DNA from: a virus
Taxonomy: Duplodnaviria; Caudoviricetes
Direction: 5' to 3' (one strand)
DNA: 29,020 nucleotides
IMG/VR virus record: IMGVR_UViG_3300044731_001455
Location: 1 to 29,020 of that record
This document shows positions 24,544 to 29,020 of this stretch, in pieces. Both the position numbers and the translations under genes were made by a program. Position 1 is the first letter of the stretch; each line of letters opens with the position of its first letter. Below the pieces are notes generated by a model. The model was not told where the DNA came from. It did no database searches and saw only the letters and a program-made list of their open reading frames with translations.

Positions 24544-27500
24544 AAGAGTGCATTTCCAAGCTGGGTCTTACTCTCTGGGTTGCCTTCTGTGTGCTGCCTG
24601 CGTTTGGTCAAATTCGACCCGTATTCACGCTCCAAGGCCTTGCTGAGTTACAAGCAAGGTATGGAGGCCTTGATGACGAAATTCAAATCCGGGTGAATCA
24701 AAGAGGGGTTCCGCTGGCCAAACCGCGCACATTCAGGCTCGCGCTCATCGCCACCAACGCCGTGGACGGTACCCACTGCGTGACCAATGCGAGCGGCACG
24801 AAGTACCTGTCGTCGGATAGATTTGCCGCGATCCAGGAAGCCGAATGGTTTGGCGCGACGGGGGATGGCACTACGGATTCCACCGCGGCCATCCGCTCGG
24901 CGATGCAATACTGCCTTCAGTCGGGGAGGCCTGGGCTGCGGTTCGGGGCGGGGACATTTCTGACCGACGGCGTCACAAACGTGGGGTCCAGCTTGATCGG
25001 AGGCATCGCCCTCCTGGGTGCGGAGGGGCAACGCACCATCCTACGCGCTCGCAGCGCCGGCACCGTGATGCAGTTTGCCAACATGCGCGCCGCAATCATC
25101 CGCGACCTGTGGATTGACGGGAACGGAGTCGGCACGCGGGGAATCGTGCTTTCGAATTGCACCCACTTCACCATCCAAAAGTGTGACCTCTACAATCTGG
25201 CCGGCAAGGGCATCGAGTTTATCGGCGACAACAATTACGGGCACGTCGTGGATCAGTGCAACGTGCAGAACTGCGCCACTGTCGGAGTCCACCTGAACGC
25301 GATCAGCACCAGCGCAATCACCGTGCGGGACTCGACCTTCCAGGCCAACGCCCACTCAACGAACGCGGTCGGAATCAAGGTCACGGGCGGGTCGGTGAAC
25401 ATCCGCTATCGAGACAACGTATTCCAAAGTCTGAAGCACGGCATCTTGTTGGATGGGGCCTCGGGGGCCCTTCAGGTTGGGCAAATCATCAAGGGTAACT
25501 ACTTCGAAGTGTGCTCTGACGACTCGATCCATTTCGGGTCCGGCCAGCAGAACGGGGTAGTGATGACGGACAACTACTTTTACACGGATTACACCACAAA
25601 CCGGTGGGCCGTGCGAAGCGATGCGGGCGCCATCATCTACGGCCTAACCTGGCAAAGAAACGCGATCACCACGGACAGCGGCCGGGGACTGTGTTTGACC
25701 AACGCGATCGTGCGCAACTGGACCATTGACGCAGGATCGGTCGACATCGCGACCGACTACGAGCTGCCAGACAACGCCACGATGCTGATGTCGACTCCCA
25801 GCCAGCGTCTGGTGAGCGTGCTTGTCACCAATTTCAACGCGGCAGCTTCCACCAATTTCCAGCTCGCCGGGGACCTGCTTCCGAACGTGGTGTCGCTGAC
25901 GGCCAGCTCAAACATAGCCTTCCAGATTGTCGGAAGCCTGTACAAGAACACTGATCTCACCATCCGAAACGCCGGCACCAACGTGATCCTGTTTCCCAGC
26001 ACGGGGCATCTGGTCCGACCTGGCACGGAGGAACGATTCGTGGCCGCAAACGGCACTTGGTATCGGGAAACGGGTCCCTACTTGCGCGATTCCGGAGGCA
26101 CTGTCTACGGAACGCTCAACGTCACGAACGATCTGAACGTCTTTCAGAATTCGATGATTTACGGGGGCTTGACCGTAAACGGGGTGTTCCAGCAGCCCTG
26201 GGGGTACACGTCCAGCGGCACCTATGGATCCACCAATGTAATGGCCCTGGGCGCAAAACCGGGCGCAATGGTCGGTCTGATTAAGGATGGCTTCTACTAC
26301 GTGTTTGTCGGCACCAACGGAGCCACCCGCTTCACGACGGCCATCGAAAGCGTGGCCGCGACGAATGTGCTGACGCACGTGCTCGGATTTACGAACGACC
26401 CTGCGGCCGGCATCCAGCGGCAGCATTCGATCGCCGTAACGAATCTGGCCAATCTCCTCGGGGTCTCCGGCGGTGGGGGCGGCTCCGGTACAAATCGGTA
26501 TGTCGAGCAAAGCATCACCGCGACGAACACGCCGATCGCCATCAACAACGCGCTGCAAACGACCTACGTCTTCACGGGCACCCAAACCAACTCCCTGCCG
26601 ATCTTCTACTACCTCCCGACAAACAGTGTGCCTTTGGGCGCGATTCTGCATTTGGTGATTCAGGGCACCAATGTGCATTCGGTGGGCGCGAGGCAGTACA
26701 GCTTCGTCGATCTCGCGACGGCAACCACCAACCGGCTGCGCGACACGAATGCGATCACGCTGAGCTACACGGGGAACCGATGGATTCGGCATGGTTCATC
26801 GGATTGGACTTATCCCGGCGGGGACGATGGTTTGTTCTATGGCTGGATCAACGGGGGGCCTCAGCAAATCCCCATCCAAGGGGATGCGCCGTTCGACGGC
26901 CTTGAGTACGTGCGAAAGAACCAGGCATGGGCCGTGGCCAGTGGTGGAGGCGGCGGCGGTGGCACCAATCACAACGCGCTCACCGGACTCCAGGGCGGCA
27001 CGCCGGGCGAGTATTTCCACCTCACCTCCGCGCACCACACGGACCTGACCGATGCCGGAGACTCGACCTCCCACTACCACGCGTCCGACCGGGCACGGGG
27101 CAATCACACCGGGACGCAGCTCGCCAGCACGATCTCGGATTTCAGCACCAACGTCTGGGTCAAGATCCTCAGCTCTCTGCTGCGAGGGAACGGAATTCAC
27201 TTTGCCACGAACGGGCCGAGCAACTCGCTCACCATCTCGGGTTGGAACCTTCCTGGATCCAACCTCACGGTCGTGACCAACAGCGACGGTTCGCTTACCT
27301 GGTCCGCCGTGGCCAGCAGCAGCACCAACGGCACCCCGCTGAGCGTCAATGGGTCCTCCATCCTCTCGCTGGCCAATCTGCTGGATACAGTCCCGGTTAA
27401 GTGGAGCGTGAGCGGTTCAAACATCACCCTCACGATCACCAACCTGCCCCAGGCTTCGGTCTCCAATCTGGTGGGAGACCTCGCCGCCAAGCAGGCCGCC

Positions 27501-29020
27501 AACACGAACCTCCTCCAAATCGCAACCGCGGCTGGCAGCCCCGGGGACATTCTGTATCGGCATGCCAGCGGAGTGCTGACCAATCTTCCGGCCGGCTCCA
27601 GTGGGCACGTGCTTACGGTCGCTTCCGGGGTGCCTTCGTGGCAGCCAACCAGCGGAGGCGGTGGTGGCGCTGGAACGAACCTGTTCGTCAACGGACTGTT
27701 GCGACAACCGGCCCGGATCACCAATTCCCCCACGGTCACGTGGGCCACCAACGCAAACGGAGACCTCGTTGCCAACGCCACCAATGCCGCCGGCACCACC
27801 GCCGAAGTGATGCAGCGCGTGGGCTGGATCCTGTTCGATCTCTACACGGATGGTGGCACGGATCCGGTCCAGTCGGCCTGGTCCAACTACGTGCAAAATG
27901 TTCAGGTCGGTGGAGTCGTTACTAACGCCTACCTGGTGGGCGGGCCCACCAACCTCGTCACTGCACGCTATTCCGGCGGCATCGACGTTCAAATCAACCT
28001 TCCCCTCAGCGGCCTGGGCAGCACCAACATCATCGTCCAGGCGCAAGCGAGAACTCGGATCTCAACCAACAACGCCTACGCATCGACATTCGTGGACGTG
28101 ATCGGGGGATCCATTGCCACCACGAACATTCCGCTGATCGTCGGGACGACTCCAAACACGGGTTTCTCTTTGGGAGCGTCGAACACGCCGGACTTTCACC
28201 GCTGGACCAACTCGTTTTACATAAACGTGTTCGCGCCCGCGACAGTGGGTGGATCCGGCGGAAACGCGGTGGCGCTCAACGGCTCGGGATACGTGACCAA
28301 TCTGGCAACGGGATCGGATATATCATGGACGTCCTCGGGTGGCACAACGGCCACGCCGATTTTGACCGACAGCGGCACCGCGGGGACTTTCACGAACCCC
28401 ATCGTCACCACCACGGCGAAGGGTCGAATTTCATCCATTGTCTCGGGACCGGAACCAACCTCTCAATCCCGAAGCTCCTTCACGATCTTTGACGAGCTGC
28501 TTTCTGGTACGGCCGCAAGCGGCGGGCAGGGCGCCGAAGGACTGAACAATTCCGGCACGGTGTCCACGACCACGGAGGCCGGGCGGCCTGGCGTCAAATT
28601 TGTCCGCACCACTGCGGCAGGCAATGGGGCGTTGATTGGCTGGCACTCCGTGGGCTCGGTGCGCGGGCCACCGGTGGGGTCTGTCGAGGATCTCTACTTT
28701 GAGGCCTCCGTGAAGGTTCCATCGACTCTCAGCGGCGCCGCCGGCACCGATCAGTACGCTCTCCAAGTCGGATTCAATTCGCTGGCGAGCACCACGAACA
28801 CGCCTGGCGATGGGTCCTTCTTGGTCCACCAAACGAACCTGCTCGGCACGGTGAACTGGGCATTCATCACCACCTCCAACAGCGTCTCGGCCACCATCAT
28901 CGACACGGGCGTGGCCGTCACCAACTCCACCTGGTACACGCTGGGGGTGTGGCTGGACGCGACCAATACCATCGCTTTCATCAACGGGGTGCCCGTGGCC
29001 ACCAACACCACGCGGCTGCC
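24540..29020 (+). CDS. Tailspike / tail fibre (>1493 aa, 3'-truncated) with signal peptide, beta-helix, foldon and lectin-like domains
   Basis: Hand-translated: ATG at 24540 (ATGA overlap) with no in-frame stop to the window end. WFGATGDGTTDSTAAI pectate-lyase-like beta-helix start; foldon-like DAPFDGLEYVRKNQAW; fibre motifs RGNHTGTQLASTISDF and GTFTNPIVTTTAKGRI; C-terminal ConA-like region. Confidence 0.88.
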   Translation, partial: MKECISKLGLTLWVAFCVLPAFGQIRPVFTLQGLAELQARYGGLDDEIQIRVNQRGVPLAKPRTFRLALIATNAVDGTHCVTNASGTKYLSSDRFAAIQEAEWFGATGDGTTDSTAAIRSAMQYCLQSGRPGLRFGAGTFLTDGVTNVGSSLIGGIALLGAEGQRTILRARSAGTVMQFANMRAAIIRDLWIDGNGVGTRGIVLSNCTHFTIQKCDLYNLAGKGIEFIGDNNYGHVVDQCNVQNCATVGVHLNAISTSAITVRDSTFQANAHSTNAVGIKVTGGSVNIRYRDNVFQSLKHGILLDGASGALQVGQIIKGNYFEVCSDDSIHFGSGQQNGVVMTDNYFYTDYTTNRWAVRSDAGAIIYGLTWQRNAITTDSGRGLCLTNAIVRNWTIDAGSVDIATDYELPDNATMLMSTPSQRLVSVLVTNFNAAASTNFQLAGDLLPNVVSLTASSNIAFQIVGSLYKNTDLTIRNAGTNVILFPSTGHLVRPGTEERFVAANGTWYRETGPYLRDSGGTVYGTLNVTNDLNVFQNSMIYGGLTVNGVFQQPWGYTSSGTYGSTNVMALGAKPGAMVGLIKDGFYYVFVGTNGATRFTTAIESVAATNVLTHVLGFTNDPAAGIQRQHSIAVTNLANLLGVSGGGGGSGTNRYVEQSITATNTPIAINNALQTTYVFTGTQTNSLPIFYYLPTNSVPLGAILHLVIQGTNVHSVGARQYSFVDLATATTNRLRDTNAITLSYTGNRWIRHGSSDWTYPGGDDGLFYGWINGGPQQIPIQGDAPFDGLEYVRKNQAWAVASGGGGGGGTNHNALTGLQGGTPGEYFHLTSAHHTDLTDAGDSTSHYHASDRARGNHTGTQLASTISDFSTNVWVKILSSLLRGNGIHFATNGPSNSLTISGWNLPGSNLTVVTNSDGSLTWSAVASSSTNGTPLSVNGSSILSLANLLDTVPVKWSVSGSNITLTITNLPQASVSNLVGDLAAKQAANTNLLQIATAAGSPGDILYRHASGVLTNLPAGSSGHVLTVASGVPSWQPTSGGGGGAGTNLFVNGLLRQPARITNSPTVTWATNANGDLVANATNAAGTTAEVMQRVGWILFDLYTDGGTDPVQSAWSNYVQNVQVGGVVTNAYLVGGPTNLVTARYSGGIDVQINLPLSGLGSTNIIVQAQARTRISTNNAYASTFVDVIGGSIATTNIPLIVGTTPNTGFSLGASNTPDFHRWTNSFYINVFAPATVGGSGGNAVALNGSGYVTNLATGSDISWTSSGGTTATPILTDSGTAGTFTNPIVTTTAKGRISSIVSGPEPTSQSRSSFTIFDELLSGTAASGGQGAEGLNNSGTVSTTTEAGRPGVKFVRTTAAGNGALIGWHSVGSVRGPPVGSVEDLYFEASVKVPSTLSGAAGTDQYALQVGFNSLASTTNTPGDGSFLVHQTNLLGTVNWAFITTSNSVSATIIDTGVAVTNSTWYTLGVWLDATNTIAFINGVPVATNTTRL

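Larger units (their letters stand above)
1..29020. mobile_element. Temperate tailed phage genome segment (podovirus-like organisation), excised/circular form spanning attP
   Basis: Integrase, repressor, replication initiator, DnaB, terminase, portal, scaffold, capsid and tail fibre genes; phage genes on both sides of a tRNA 3' fragment; no host housekeeping genes. Confidence 0.93.

Noticed and set aside
24648-29011. Many short ORFs suggesting a fragmented region, pseudogene or stop-codon recoding
   Set aside because: One uninterrupted plus frame runs from 24540 to the end; the track omitted it because it lacks a stop.

Overview
The whole window (GC-rich, roughly 60-65% by eye) is a temperate, probably podovirus-like (P22-type gene order) phage genome in its excised or circular form. 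From left to right: (1) the 3' end of a large polyvalent/ejection-type protein with an HExxH zincin motif; (2) an attP site made of the 3' 45 bp of a tRNA-Lys(CTT), flanked by repeated arm-like motifs; (3) a tyrosine integrase and an XRE repressor; (4) a divergent early operon (YfdP/YfdQ-DUF2303, Xis-like HTH, Lar-like) interrupted by an inverted two-gene cassette with its own promoter/operator; (5) a replication initiator with internal iterons, and DnaB; (6) terminase, portal, scaffold, major capsid and head-tail genes; (7) a >1490-aa tailspike/fibre ORF that runs off the window end and is missing from the ORF track. Two observations stand out. The fibre carries a Sec-type signal peptide and a strong Thr-Asn dipeptide bias (about 47 TN vs about 8 NT by hand count), suggesting export and host modification. 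The head-tail adaptor appears split, with its C-terminal half encoded upstream of its N-terminal half, and the N-half ends in an extra tailspike-N-like domain. The host is probably a Verrucomicrobia (inference only). No database searches were run; family calls come from recognising motifs.
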